Shown piece after piece: positions 1-56,992 of a DNA stretch of 64,000 bases. The stretch is from the human T2T-CHM13v2.0 reference genome, Homo sapiens: NCBI RefSeq assembly GCF_009914755.1, contig NC_060940.1, one strand, 5' to 3'. Made by a program: the position numbers and the translations under genes. Each line of letters opens with the position of its first letter. Position 1 is the stretch's first letter. The notes beneath the pieces were generated by a model. It did not search any database. It was given only the letters and a program-made list of their open reading frames with translations, and was not told the origin of the DNA.

Positions 1-524
1 GCCTGGGTGACAGAGCGAGACCCTGTCTCTATAAACAAACAAAAATGAGTAGAGTATCACTGTTATCATGTTAATATTGTAAAAACTCCAGTACTTCCTT
101 AATACCATCTAACGCTCAGTCCATATTCAGTCTTCCCAGTATCTCAGGATATCTTTTTCCAGTTCATTTGTTCAAAGCAGAATCCAAACATGATGCTGCA
201 CACATTGTATTTGGTTGATATGTCTCTTAAGTCTCTTTTAATCTGTAACAGTTCTCTTTCCCCAACCCTTTTTTCTCTCCATGCCATTTATATATTGCAG
301 AAACTGGGTCACTATCCAGTTGAATTCTCCAGCTGCTGAATTTGGCTGATTATGTCTATATGGAATTGCCTAATAGGGTCCTTATCTCCCTCCTTCCTTG
401 AAATTGGTCATTAAATCTACAGACTTAATCAGATTAATTTACTTTTATTATTAATTTATATATTTTTACTATTTATTTTTTCTTTCTATATGTACAGTTA
501 TTGCTTTAGATAAGATCCATTATA

Positions 525-810
525 GGCTGGGCTCAGTGGCTCATGCCTATAATCCCAGCACTTTGGGAGGATCACTTGAGGTCAGGAGTTCAAGACCAGC
601 CTAGCCAACATGGTGAAACCCTATCTCTACTAAAAATACAAAAATGAGCCGGGCATGGTGGTGGGTGCCTGTCATCCCAGCTACTGGGGAGGCTGAGGCA
701 GGAGAATTGCTTGAGCCTGGGAGGCGGGGTTGCAGTGAGCCAAGATCATGCCACTGCACTCCAGCCTGAGTGACAGAGCAAGACTCCATCTCAAAAAAAA
801 AAAAAAATAA
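525..810 (+). mobile_element. Alu (S-like, internal deletion)
   Basis: Dimeric Alu consensus with A-tail. Confidence 0.9.
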
Positions 811-971
811 AGACTCATTATCTATTTTTACCTTGATCCATTGTAGTCATCTAAAGGGTCAGTTTTCCTCAGGTCTCTCACCTGTATCCTCCATGCAGAT
901 GCCAGGGTGCTTCCAGAGTAGTAGTAATAATACGGAAATTTATGTATGTTAATCCTTTGTTTAAAATACTG

Positions 972-1565
<594 letters not shown>

Positions 1566-2282
1566 TAAAATATTTTATTGACTCTATATCCTCTAGGAAA
1601 AATGTCTAAGTTTCTGTGCTTAGCATACATAATTCCTCATAATCTACTTGCATGTCCCTTGCTTACTTTTTCCAGTTACAACTCCAGCATATGCACTTTT
1701 TAACCCCATTCATTTATTCAGCAGACATTTTGAGGGTGCCTACTCTTTACCAAGTATAAGGCATTAATCCTTCCAGACTTATAGGGGAACAACTTCTGGG
1801 GAAGCCACGCCTTACACTTTGCAGTGTAGCACTTAGAATCTGAGTTCAGAGGTTGGGAGATGAACCAGAACTCCAGTGGGTCCACCTCTTGGAGCATGGA
1901 GTTGGAGGAGGTGTAGTGTTAAGAAAGAAGACAAAGGTAAAGCAGCCAGAACTCTTGGTAAGCGAGCAGCCAAGGCTTGGGGGGCATGAGGACTTACCTG
2001 AGCAAATCTAAAGAGACATATAAGCCAGATCTGCTATAGGTGTTCTCACTAAGTGCTCATTCAGTGAGTTCTATTCATGGGGGATTAAGGGCAAAGCTTG
2101 TGATGTACTAGGAACATCACTAACTGCAGTCACTGTCATGAGGGCAGTTCTCTTTTTACCTTACAATTTATTCCTTTTGGCGGAACATTTGAAACATTCT
2201 GTCAGAGTGGATTGTAACATAACTCAGAATCAGTATCTCGTTATCTACTCTTTTTTTGTTACGTCTTAGGCTATGTTGCTAA

Positions 2283-10947
<8,665 letters not shown>

Positions 10948-13900
10948 CATCTCTGCCTCATGTCTTGAATCTGCTTGAGCTCTAAGATGAACCTGGGGAC
11001 AAAGTGAGCCAGTCAGCACCTACAAAGAGCTTTTGTGTCTTTGACATCTACCACCCTCCTCCTTTTAAAAAATTTCTTTAGAATTTCTCAATCTTCAAGG
11101 CTCTAAGTGCTTAAGAATTCACTAACAGACAGACCATCTGGAGGAGCTGTCTTCAAATGCTGTGCTTACACCTTATCTATGAACAGTCACTTTGTACCAT
11201 TATCTGTGGAACACAGAATCATCTGTTCCCAACACTCCAGCCCCTTGGTCCTGTGGATGGCTGGATCCCGCCTGAAACGGACCTGCAGAGCAGCAGCACC
11301 CTTCCGGTGTGGAGGCTATGTAGCTGGTGCGCTGCTCACGGCCATTCACTGCCCATGCTGAGCGCCTCTCACACAGGTAATGCCCAGCTTTTCTGCTGCT
11401 AACACATTTGGCCAGTTGTTGCAGTTGCTCATCATCTTGGGAAAGGTGTTTGTGACTTTTCAGAGCCCAGATTCCTGTTGTCTATTAAAACTTGAAGGGA
11501 GGGGTGAATAGTGTTTCTCTCTTCTTCCCAAAATGACCTTAGCTGTCCTAGGATAGTTAGTAAAAGACTTTTTAGCATTTTGACCTAGGGCCTTTGGCTT
11601 TCACTAAAAGTGGGGACCTCAGTATCCCAGATTGTAATTTTGCCAAGTGTTAGATTTGAGTCTCTCATGTGGATGCATTAGTCAGGTGGTTACTCCTTGC
11701 TTCAAGGTACTTACCTTATTTCATTGAAGACACCGCATTTGTGAACTCTTGCTTCCTGGCCTAGAACCATTCAGCCTACCCTGTATTTGCCATAAACTCC
11801 ACAATTCACACCAAAATGTCTGTACTTAGAGCTAATTCGCATATATACAGGAAGGGCTCTTAGAATCAGTTTGTGGGCACAGAGCCTCAGGAGTAAATGA
11901 AGTTACTAGGGCTGTTCTTACCATCTCCTTCTGGCCAAATAGCACAACATTTCCTCGTTCTGCTCTGACCTCTTAGCTTAGAAGGAAGATTCAGAAGTGA
12001 GGGGCTAAGAAGGTTGTCCTTGCCTAATGCTCTGATCTGTAAGTGAATAGGGCAGAACAGTTCAGCCTTGAGGTTAGAATTTAGCAGGAGCTATCCTGAC
12101 TTAATATCCAGTTGTGGGGTTTGCAAAACAAAACAGCTGTATGTAATCATTGCCACTAGTTCCATCTAGAACTCCTTTCTAGTTTGTTATTTTTAAAATG
12201 TTTATACATAAAACCACCAAAATACATAGCTTCGACAAGATGGAAGTTTATTTCTCTCTCCCATAACAGTGCAGTGATAGTCAGCTGGTCCAGGCCAGGC
12301 AAGGGGCTGGTCCATGATGTCATCAGGCACCCAGGTTCCTACTGTCTTGCCATGTGGCCACAGTTAGCAACAAAGGAGGCTGTAAATTTAGTTTCTACTT
12401 GGGCAGCCAAAACTCTGAGGAAGGAGATTCTGCTAGTAAAAAGGAGTGGGGGAAGAATGGCCATTGGGAGACAACAAGCAGACTCAACCAGGCCTCTTTG
12501 TTGGCTTCCTTTCCTCCTGCTGCACATGAGCCTTCGCCGTGCATTTGGAGCCATGACAGCTGATAGCTCCAGACCTGCATCCTCCTAGCTTGGGGGCTCT
12601 GAATGAAAGGTTTCTTCCCTTCCAGTTCGAATTTGGAAACTCCCAAAGTTCTCAATGGTTTGTTGTGAGTTCCATGTCCTCTTGGATCAGTCACTGTGGC
12701 CATGCATGTTTGGCCACATGATTAATCCAGTCTGGGTCATGACCTTTTCTTCATCCAAAACAAGGTGATGGGAAGACAAAAACAATAGCTACTACAAACA
12801 ATAGGAGTTTATAATTATGTGCTGATGTATTCGAAGATGTGTTGACAGTCGTGAGTGTGTATCCTAGGAAAGGCGAGCTGGACTCTGTCTCCATGGTGGC
12901 TCTCACCCCAGGGACCTAGGAACAGCCTGTCACCACACAATTACTTTTATAACCCTGGAGATGAAAATCTCCTTGTCCTCAAAATACTTCCAGAAGAACA
13001 ACCAGATGGGAAGGACCTTGGTTGGGACTCTTTCCAGTTCACTTGGGGCAGAGGGAATTTAATGGCTCACGTAGCTGAAAAGGATGGGCTAGATTGGGCT
13101 TCAGGCTGCATCCCAGGACTCCAAACAGGGATCTGTCTCTTTGGCTCTCAGCTCTGCTTTCATTTGAGTTGGCTTTATTCTTGGGCTTCACAGTGTGGCC
13201 CCACAGCACCAGTTATTGATAAAAAGAGCTCCCCTTTGCTGACAGAACTGCTGGATTTGGTTCTCATTGGTCCAGACGAGGAAGGTATCCAGCCTCAAGT
13301 CATCATTGTGGCCAGGAAGATGGAATACACCAAATGGACAGGCCTGGCATGTACCCACAGAGACTGAGAGTTGGTGCTGGTGGTTGTGGTGGCAGATGAT
13401 ATTACCTGAAGAAGGGACGAATGGGTGCTGGGCAGGACAAAGCATCAGCTGTCCAGTTCAGGCCTCTCCTCTTTCCCTGGTGTCTTCATTTTCCTCCGTC
13501 TCCCTGCTGTCCCTTACCCTCTGCCCAATCTCTCATTACTCCTGGTCTTGGGAGTTGCCTTCTGAGGATACTCCACTGGGGGTACCTGAGCCTGGATTAG
13601 AGGGCAGGGGGAGGATATTGCCTAGCCAAAGTGGGTGTTCAATAAAGAACCATTTGGAGATGGTCTTCTGTCTGGAACTGCTTCCTTTTTGTTTTATTAT
13701 TTTTCCCCAGATGAGCTGACTGGGCCATGGAACTGCATCCTTATGGTTCCCATAGCACCTTACCGAGGCGCCCTTATCAATAGAGTTTTAGTTATGTACC
13801 TGTGTTCTTGTCTGAACCCCTACTAACTGTGAGCTCCTGAGGAGTCAGGCCTGAGTCTGTGGGTCATCTAGCACATCCTTAATAGAATGATTGCCTGGAT

Positions 13901-16648
13901 GTGACCACCCTCACCCCCAACCCTCACACACCCTGCCAGCATGCCTCAGACCTTACCCCAGCTCAAGATAAGTCTCAGATTGCAGGATACCTGCTGCAGG
14001 GAACAAAGGTGAATGATTGTCTTGTGAGCCTCCTGTTGACTGATTCTGTTTTACATGGCTGCACAGAGCCCTTGTGGTTATTTGGGGTTGGGGTGGTGGC
14101 TTCTGTATTAGTCACTTCTGCATGAACCATTTCACTCAGGATCTGAGGCCACAGTTCCTTTCTTAGTCACTGATACATCTGGCAGACTTGAAATTAATCA
14201 GACAAACATTGTTCATAGTTAACATATCCTTGGAAGTTTCTCAGCTATAAGGAAGAGGTCTTGGTGGCTAGGGAGGCCTTTCTCTGTATCCTGTTCTATC
14301 CAGTGAGAGCCTAGAGGGTGCTGCCCAGCCATATTCTGGCTAGCCTCAGCGGTTCTCCTGAAAAAAAATTGGCATCTGACAACCTGGATGGTGACTATAG
14401 GTAGTCAAATCCAGCTGGCTGGTCTCCTGGGGGTTAGCTTCCATGGAGCTGCAAGTCCCCTGAAATGATACTGGCAGTGTTGGGACAGCGTGTCCGAAGG
14501 CCTGGTTTTTTCAGAACTGGTCTCAGCAAAATGTCTCGCCAACTTCTACAGTTCCCATAAGTACATGATAACTGAAACACTTCTAGAGCCCCCCAGCAAT
14601 GGGCTTGTGCTTTTAGTAGAATATGTGCTTGCTTCCATTTAGGGGTAAGAAGGTGGGCCCCTCACCATATGCTGCACAGAGAAGAGAGACACCATCACTC
14701 ATTTATTCATTTAACAAGTGCTTTCCAAGCCACTACTAGGTGCCAAGCACTTCCTAGGTCCTGGGGATACAGTGGAGACTAAGATGGAGCCAGTTCTTTC
14801 TCATAGGGATCTCACAGCTTAGTGAGTGAGAAAGCCAAAGAGTCAAAATACAGAGAGGGTCTGAGGGGCCCATTTTGAGAGCCATCATAGTGGTGAGGAG
14901 TGTGAGTGCTAGAGTCAGGCTGATCAAATCCCAGCCTGCCATTGGCTAGCCTTGTGACTTTGAGCAAGTTATCTTACTTCGTGGAACCTCAGGTTTCTCA
15001 TCCATAAAATGGGGAAGTTGGATAGGGTATTATGATGATTGAAATGCATTTATACATGTAAAGCATAAGTACTGGCTCAGGGTGAGCACTCAATAAACGG
15101 CAGTTTATTAGGCACTTTTATTAGGAAGTGATACACCTTGAGCAAAACCCCTTAGAGTATAAGGCATAGCATTCTTACATATTTTTAAAATTTAAAATAA
15201 AATTTAAAACATCTTGCCCTTTATAATCAGTCCGCCACAAACAAGAGATGGAGAAATCACCCTTCCTTGTTTTGTATCTATGGGGTGCAAACATTTAATC
15301 CTCCCAACTGTCAAAAAAGTGAGAGTTTCACAGCCTGTTTTACAGCAGAGGAAACTGATATTCAGAGAGGTTAAGTAAATTTGCCCAATGCCACACATCT
15401 AATAAATGGCTGAGCTGGAATCAAGGCCAGCTCTTACTTGGCTGCAAAATCCATGTTTTATGCAGCTCCTCCACTATCTTGGCCTCCAAGGCAGCTGGCT
15501 TTGAACACTACCCTTGCAGCCCAGTCAGCCAATCCCTTGCTCTCCTGAAGCTTTTGCTGGTGGGCCAGCCCCACCTGCTTTCCTTGTGCACTCTGACTTG
15601 GACCCTGAAGTGAGAAGAGTTGGCACAGGACATCTTACTTCCCTGAAAACAGTACCTGGACTTTTCTGTATCTTCACATCCATTGGGCATTGGGCAAATG
15701 GGTCATGCAGATGAAAACCATCCAAGATAAGAGACATGGGAGTGAAATTCACACCCACTCTGGCTTTCATACCATGGGTCTGAACATTAGCCCATGGTGT
15801 TTCTTGGCCATACTGACCTGTGCCATTTCAGCTGCATTCATCTCAGTTGGTGTTGTCTGCTGGCTGCTCTTTCTGATTTCCCACAGGAGCAGTAAGAACC
15901 TGAGGAAGAGTAGGGTCAGAGGAGTCTGGGAGAATGAGGAAATATGAGAGCCCCAGGAACTGAAAAGGCCTGTGAGAGACTCTGAGCTTCCTGGGAACAG
16001 GTATAGGTTCTTTTTATTTCAATAATAACAGAAACAACTGTCAAAACCATGTGCCTGTACTATTTGGAGTGCTGTCCTTGCAGAATCTCATTATAAGAAC
16101 CTTAGGAAATAGGCACATCATCTCCTGGATAGAATCCTAGGAAATGGGCACTATAATGGGCACTTTATCCCATTTTATAAACATGGAAATTGAGGCACAG
16201 AGAGATTAAGTACTTTCCCAAGGTCATACAGCTAGTGATGGAGGAGCTAGCATTTGAACCCGGAGTTTTTAGTCTATTGAGTTTAACCGACAGATCATAC
16301 TGTGTTTTGGTAGGGAGGGAGGGAGGAAGCAAGCAAGTGAACAAATGAGTCTGGGATTTAGGACTTGCCAGACAAACAAGGCCCAAGAGGCAAGTGTGCA
16401 GGTGGGTGTAGTTGGGAGTCAGCAGAGTTGGGTTGGAATTCAAGCTTTGCCACCTGCTGGCTATAAACCTTGGTTGGGTAAGTAACCCAAGGTAAATGAG
16501 ATCATCTCTGTAAAACTCTTAGCCTTGTGCCTGGCACATAGTAAATGCTTAATAAGGGTTCACTGTTAGTATTACTGTTACTGATAACATACAAATAGAT
16601 TGTATTAATGGACCATAATTGCAACTGTATAAAACAAATTCCATGTTT

Positions 16649-17209
<561 letters not shown>

Positions 17210-18539
17210 ATTTTTTAATAAACCTTTCTAATGGAACAAGTAAAACACATGCAGTGGATGCTCAGCAGGCCTTGAGTGTGTGAATGAAAAATATTTGAAC
17301 TTGTTTTTACTGGTTGATTTCATTGCTTAAAAAACATACCTTAGCTGGACGCAGTGGCGTGCGCCTGTAGTCCCAGCTACTCATCTCTTAAAAAAAAAGT
17401 TTTATGCTTGTTAATTTCATAAATGCTAGAGGGATCACCCTAATCAAATAAAGCTACTCAAAAATAAAATATGAAAGGTGTTAGTGGGATACAGCTTTCT
17501 AGTTTTTTGCCACTAGTGGATAGGTTGGAATTTAAATTCTTCGGATATTGGAACCAGAACAGGCTGTAACTGATTATTTTTGCTGTGATTCGTGCTTACT
17601 GGAGCCTCGGGAAAGAGGGAGACAACATGTAAAGAGAAGCAATCTGTTTGGAAAATGAAAATACAGTTAAATTGCTAATGAACCCTTGTCAAAATCAAAT
17701 GTCTCCCCTTAGAGGCTGATGATTGTCTAGTCTAATATGCATTTTTTTTGAGTGGGTCAATTGGACTCTAAGACCAACAAGATAAAAAGGCAGCCTTGCA
17801 TGTCACTTGGACCACAGCTGTCTGGCCATGCAGCATGCCTTCACTGCTGCTGAAGAAAAGCAGCTGCTTGTTGAGAATCTCAAATTCTCAGATCCTAATT
17901 GCCTGGCCCTGACTCTAAGCTGAAACCTGCTACTGTCTGCCTTGAGCTGTTTTAGCCTCAACACGAGCTATGCTGAACTGAAAGCAGGCACAGGCTCAAT
18001 GACCAGGACTCAGACGTTGGGGCCGTTGGAGATTAAGGACCCCCTCCGTGGAGCGCTAAACTATGAAAACGTCCTGGAACCTGGCTGAAAAGGGCTTATT
18101 CTCTAATGGGACCATCTAAGATCAAGCTGCTGATAGGCTCTTTGTCTCTAATACAGAGGCTAATTGCATTCCTAACTTCTAATATTTGCCAAACGCTCCA
18201 AGCTGGGGAAGGGCACATCGCAAGGACTATGACCTCTCCTCCTGCTTTTGACAGACCAGACTCAAACCTTCTCTGGGGCTTCTCTCACTGCTGTTGACTT
18301 GTTGCATTCAGCTTTTGGGATTAGTTGCAGCTTGCAACAGTGGACTGACAGCCTGACTCTACTTCCCTCACTTTTCTCCCAGCACACACAGCTTAGTAAG
18401 GTAGGTGGATTATTAAAACGTAGCTGTCCCCAGAAAGGTATTAGGCTTTTCTAGTCTGCTCATTGAATAATCAGGACAAAAGGGGTAGAAGATTATGTAA
18501 ACACATTTTGAAATTTTTAAAAATTCAGGGTTTCATCCT

Positions 18540-18925
18540 TTATTAGTTTGCTAAGGATACCATAACAAAGTACCACAAACTGAGTGACTTACACAATAGA
18601 AACTTATTTTCCTGCAGTTCTGGAGGCTGAAAGTCCAGGACAAGGTGTCGACAGCTTTAGATTCTTCTGAGGCCTCTCTGCTTGGCTTGCAGATGGCTGC
18701 CTTCTTACTGTGTCCTTGTATGGTCCCTCTGTCTGGGTGTCTGTGTCCTAATCTTCTCTTTTAATAAGGATACCACTCAGGTTGGATTAGGGCCCATCCT
18801 AACAATCCCATTTTAACTTAGTTACCTCTTCAGGGCCTATCTTCAAATATACTCACATTTTGAGGTACAGGTAGATGGTTAGGGCTTCAGCATGAATTTT
18901 TGTGGGGACATAATTCAACCCTCCA
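18540..18925 (-). mobile_element. MaLR solo LTR, MLT1A-like
   Basis: ccataacaaagtaccacaaactg...cagttctggaggctgaaagtcc...ggggacataattcaacc. Confidence 0.8.
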
Positions 18926-18984
18926 CACATAATTACCAATTTCTGAATGTCTTTCTGGTTAAGTTGCATAAAAACGTTTATCTA

Positions 18985-19413
<429 letters not shown>

Positions 19414-20015
19414 TTATGATTGCTGAACAGGGCACGACTGTTTTTGTAATATTGGAGAAAATAATTAAAGCCTGGCACCTGGGGAGGCTTGATCCCTGGA
19501 AGCCTCCTCTTGCTGAAGGAAAATTCCCAGTGCTGCCTTTCCATGTGCTGTGAGTGCTTTGAGTTCAGACTGACAACAGAGTGGGTCTAGCTTCTATGCT
19601 TTCCATGAAGATCTCCCACAAATGTCATCCATGCTCATGAGATGGATCAACTTGTATCCTGAACAAGCAAAACTGTTTGGGACTCACTGCCTTCAGGCAG
19701 TCCCTTGGAAGCCAAGGACTCTGGGAACTTTTCAGATGGGACTGGAAACACTTGGGCAGGAGTTCCCCTGGTAGGAGGTCTGTTCACCTGTACAGCCTAA
19801 TGGATGTCCTGCTTGAGGTGCCCTAATATTGCAAATTCTTTGTTTACAGGGGTACCACCTGTGCCCCTGGGACTGTGCTTCTGTACATGACCACAACTCT
19901 CATGATGTCCCCTCAGCCCTGGAAAGCATTTGGGTTAGCTTCCGCTTACTGGTCAGAGTTATACTGTGCCTGAATTGATGCCTCAGGTCAGGTTGAAAAA
20001 AAAAAAAAAGGTTCA

Positions 20016-20444
<429 letters not shown>

Positions 20445-20569
20445 TTAAGTCCAGGACCCCTACCAGGAAGAACTGAGGTCCATATTTGAGGTTGGTCTCA
20501 CCCTTTTGCATGTGGTCCTACTAATAATAATTTTGCTGTAAAGAAGCCTCAATAAGGAGATGGACTGTG

Positions 20570-21091
20570 TGAAAAGAGATGAGAAAGCAGGCCTGTTTGC
20601 AAGGCTGGCCCTTGGCTGGCATCTGAAAGCTTGGATTTCAGGAGGGTTCTCATTACTCCCTAAATGATAAGAGTGGCTCACTGTGCCTAAACTGTTCGTA
20701 CAAACAATGTGGGTTATGCCCAACATCTGCTTTCCTTCTGGGAGTCAGATTTTCATATGTGTTAGGCAGAGGATGAGGTGAGCAGCTCCCAATGAGAACC
20801 CTGAACACTGAGTCTGTAATGAGCTTCCCTTGTATACAACATTGCACATGGGTTGTCACAACTGATTGCTGGAGGAATTGTGTCCTATGTGACTCTGCTG
20901 GGAGAGGACTGTGGGAGGCTTACACCTGGTTTCCCTGGACTTTGTCCATGCGCTTTTTTCCTTTGCTGATTTTGCTTCCTAGCCTTTCGCTGTAGTAAAA
21001 CATAGCCATGAGTATGACTACAGGCTGAGTCTGTGAATCTCCTAGTACATCATCAGACTAGGAGGTGGTGGTGTTGGCACCCCCCAGCACA
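20570..21091 (+). mobile_element. ERV LTR, MER21-like
   Basis: ctttgctgattttgct...gctgtagtaaaacatagccatgagtatgact...cccccagcaca resembles the MER21 3' half as I recall it. Confidence 0.7.
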
Positions 21092-21099
21092 GGGCACAA

Positions 21100-21250
21100 G
21101 GGAGACTTGCAGGGTGTTTGTCATGTTCCCTTTCTCAATCTGGGTGTGGTTTACAGATTTGTTCAGTTTGTGAAAATTCACTGAGCTCTATGAACAATTA
21201 TAATATGTACATTTTTTTCTGTAAGTGTATTAAATTTCAATAAAAAGAAT
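21100..21250 (+). mobile_element. Ancient L1M 3'-end fragment
   Basis: tttgtgaaaattcactgagct...ttttctgtaagtgtattaaatttcaataaaaa resembles L1MC/ME 3' termini. Confidence 0.6.
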
Positions 21251-21695
21251 TCACACTATAGGGGTACAAAATAACTTAATTTTTCAAAGTCTTCCTTTTA
21301 TTCAGCCAACATTTTAGTAAGTACCCTTTTTTTTTTACCAAGCACTGCTCTGGGAGCTTGGGACATGGGGTAGAAAGGACGGCATCATTGTCCTCATTGT
21401 CCTTCAGCTTAGCTGCAAGGCAGGTGAAGGATGCTTATAGTATGGTTGATTTTTGCTGGGCTCTATGAAGGATCAGAGGGTGCTAAGGAGGCACAGAGAA
21501 AGAGCTTTTAACGTGGGTATTTTACTGTTCCAGGGTTGCCACTCAAGTACCTACAGAACAAACGGGTGTAGCTGTAAACTGTGGCAAACTGAAAGCATGT
21601 AGGCACAGAGTAAGTAGCTAGAGCTGATTTTTTTCAGGAAAGGCCACAAATCCCAACTTTTATGAGCTCCTCTTTTAAATGCTGTAAATGTTTTA

Positions 21696-22035
<340 letters not shown>

Positions 22036-22177
22036 CTATGACCTGCCAGTTTGCTAGGCATTCTTCCAACCTTCCCTCCCTCTGACCAAGAAACTGAGTG
22101 TCCACTATTTTAGGCCCTGGGAAATTCAGTAGCGAGGAGGCCAGACAGCTTCGTTGCATCATGGGGGGCTCTGGTAC

Positions 22178-22335
22178 TGTGCTTCTCCAACTTCAGGATG
22201 TGTAGGAATCACCTGAGCAGTCTTGTTGAGAGGCGGACACTGACTCGGGAGGTCTGGGGTAGGGCCTGAACGTTTGCCTTTGCGGTTCTAACAAGCTCTC
22301 AGGTGATGGCGATGCTACTGTTCCCTGGCCCCGAG
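22178..22335. mobile_element. MER5A-like hAT DNA transposon remnant at the PLK1 promoter edge
   Basis: gaatcacctg...aggtctggggtagggcctga...tctaacaagctctcaggtgat. Confidence 0.65.
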
Positions 22336-22584
22336 GTAGAGGAAGATTTAAGTAAAAGCTTCCTGGAGGAGGCGCAAGTGAACCGCAGGAGCTTTCCCGG
22401 ACGCCCGAGAAAGGGAGAAACCCCGAAGGAATTCCTCCTCTCTCGGGGCTGGGTCTCCGCATCCACGCCGGGTTTGGTTTCCCAGGCTATCCCACGTGTT
22501 CGGGCGTCCGTGTCAATCAGGTTTTCCCCGGCTGGGTCCGGGTTTAAAGGCTGCTGCTGCGCAGGGCGCTCCCATGGTGCCGCG

Positions 22585-22667
22585 CGGCGGGCGGGTTTGG
22601 ATTTTAAATCCCCGCGGCCAATCAGTGGCGCGCAGGCTTTTGTAACGTTCCCAGCGCCGCGTTTGAA
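22585..22667 (+). promoter_or_regulatory. PLK1: PLK1 G2/M core promoter: GC box (~22589), CCAAT box (22618-22622), CDE/CHR (cagcgc-cgcg-TTTGAA; CHR 22662-22667)
   Basis: Motifs seen ~70-150 nt upstream of the ATG; CHR TTTGAA is the DREAM/MMB-FOXM1 (LIN54) site typical of G2/M genes. Confidence 0.85.
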
Positions 22668-22734
22668 TTCGGGGAGGAGCGGAGCGGTGCGGAGGCTCTG
22701 CTCGGATCGAGGTCTGCAGCGCAGCTTCGGGAGC

Positions 22735-33867
<11,133 letters not shown>

Positions 33868-34141
33868 TAGCTGCCCTCCCCTCCGGACTGGTGCCCTCCT
33901 CACTCCCACCTGCATCTGGGGCCCATACTGGTTGGCTCCCGCGGTGCCATGTCTGCAGTGTGCCCCCCAGCCCCGGTGGCTGGGCAGAGCTGCATCATCC
34001 TTGCAGGTGGGGGTTGCTGTATAAGTTATTTTTGTACATGTTCGGGTGTGGGTTCTACAGCCTTGTCCCCCTCCCCCTCAACCCCACCATATGAATTGTA
34101 CAGAATATTTCTATTGAATTCGGAACTGTCCTTTCCTTGGC

Positions 34142-34147
34142 TTTATG
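34142..34147 (-). terminator. ERN2: Probable ERN2 poly(A) signal, variant CATAAA
   Basis: No AATAAA/ATTAAA seen on the - strand between the ERN2 stop and this point; G/U-rich sequence follows on the - strand. Confidence 0.55.
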
Positions 34148-34150
34148 CAC

Positions 34151-34156
34151 ATTAAA
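34151..34156 (+). terminator. PLK1: PLK1 poly(A) signal ATTAAA
   Basis: Upstream TGTA elements (~34033, ~34097) and a U-rich downstream element ttctttttcttgtattt at 34169-34185. Confidence 0.8.
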
Positions 34157-34190
34157 CAGATGTGAATATTCTTTTTCTTGTATTTCCTGA

Positions 34191-34560
<370 letters not shown>

Positions 34561-34634
34561 ATTCTGAGGCCAGCCACAGGCTCAGCTCTTCAGTGAGCCA
34601 GCACGGAGACCATCTGTGTGGCATCCAGCCCACC

Positions 34635-56992
<22,358 letters not shown>

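Noticed and set aside
12855-13719. 170-aa and 150-aa ORFs in the DCTN5 3'UTR
   Set aside because: Non-ATG starts, no recognisable domain, and sequence resembles degenerate MaLR LTR
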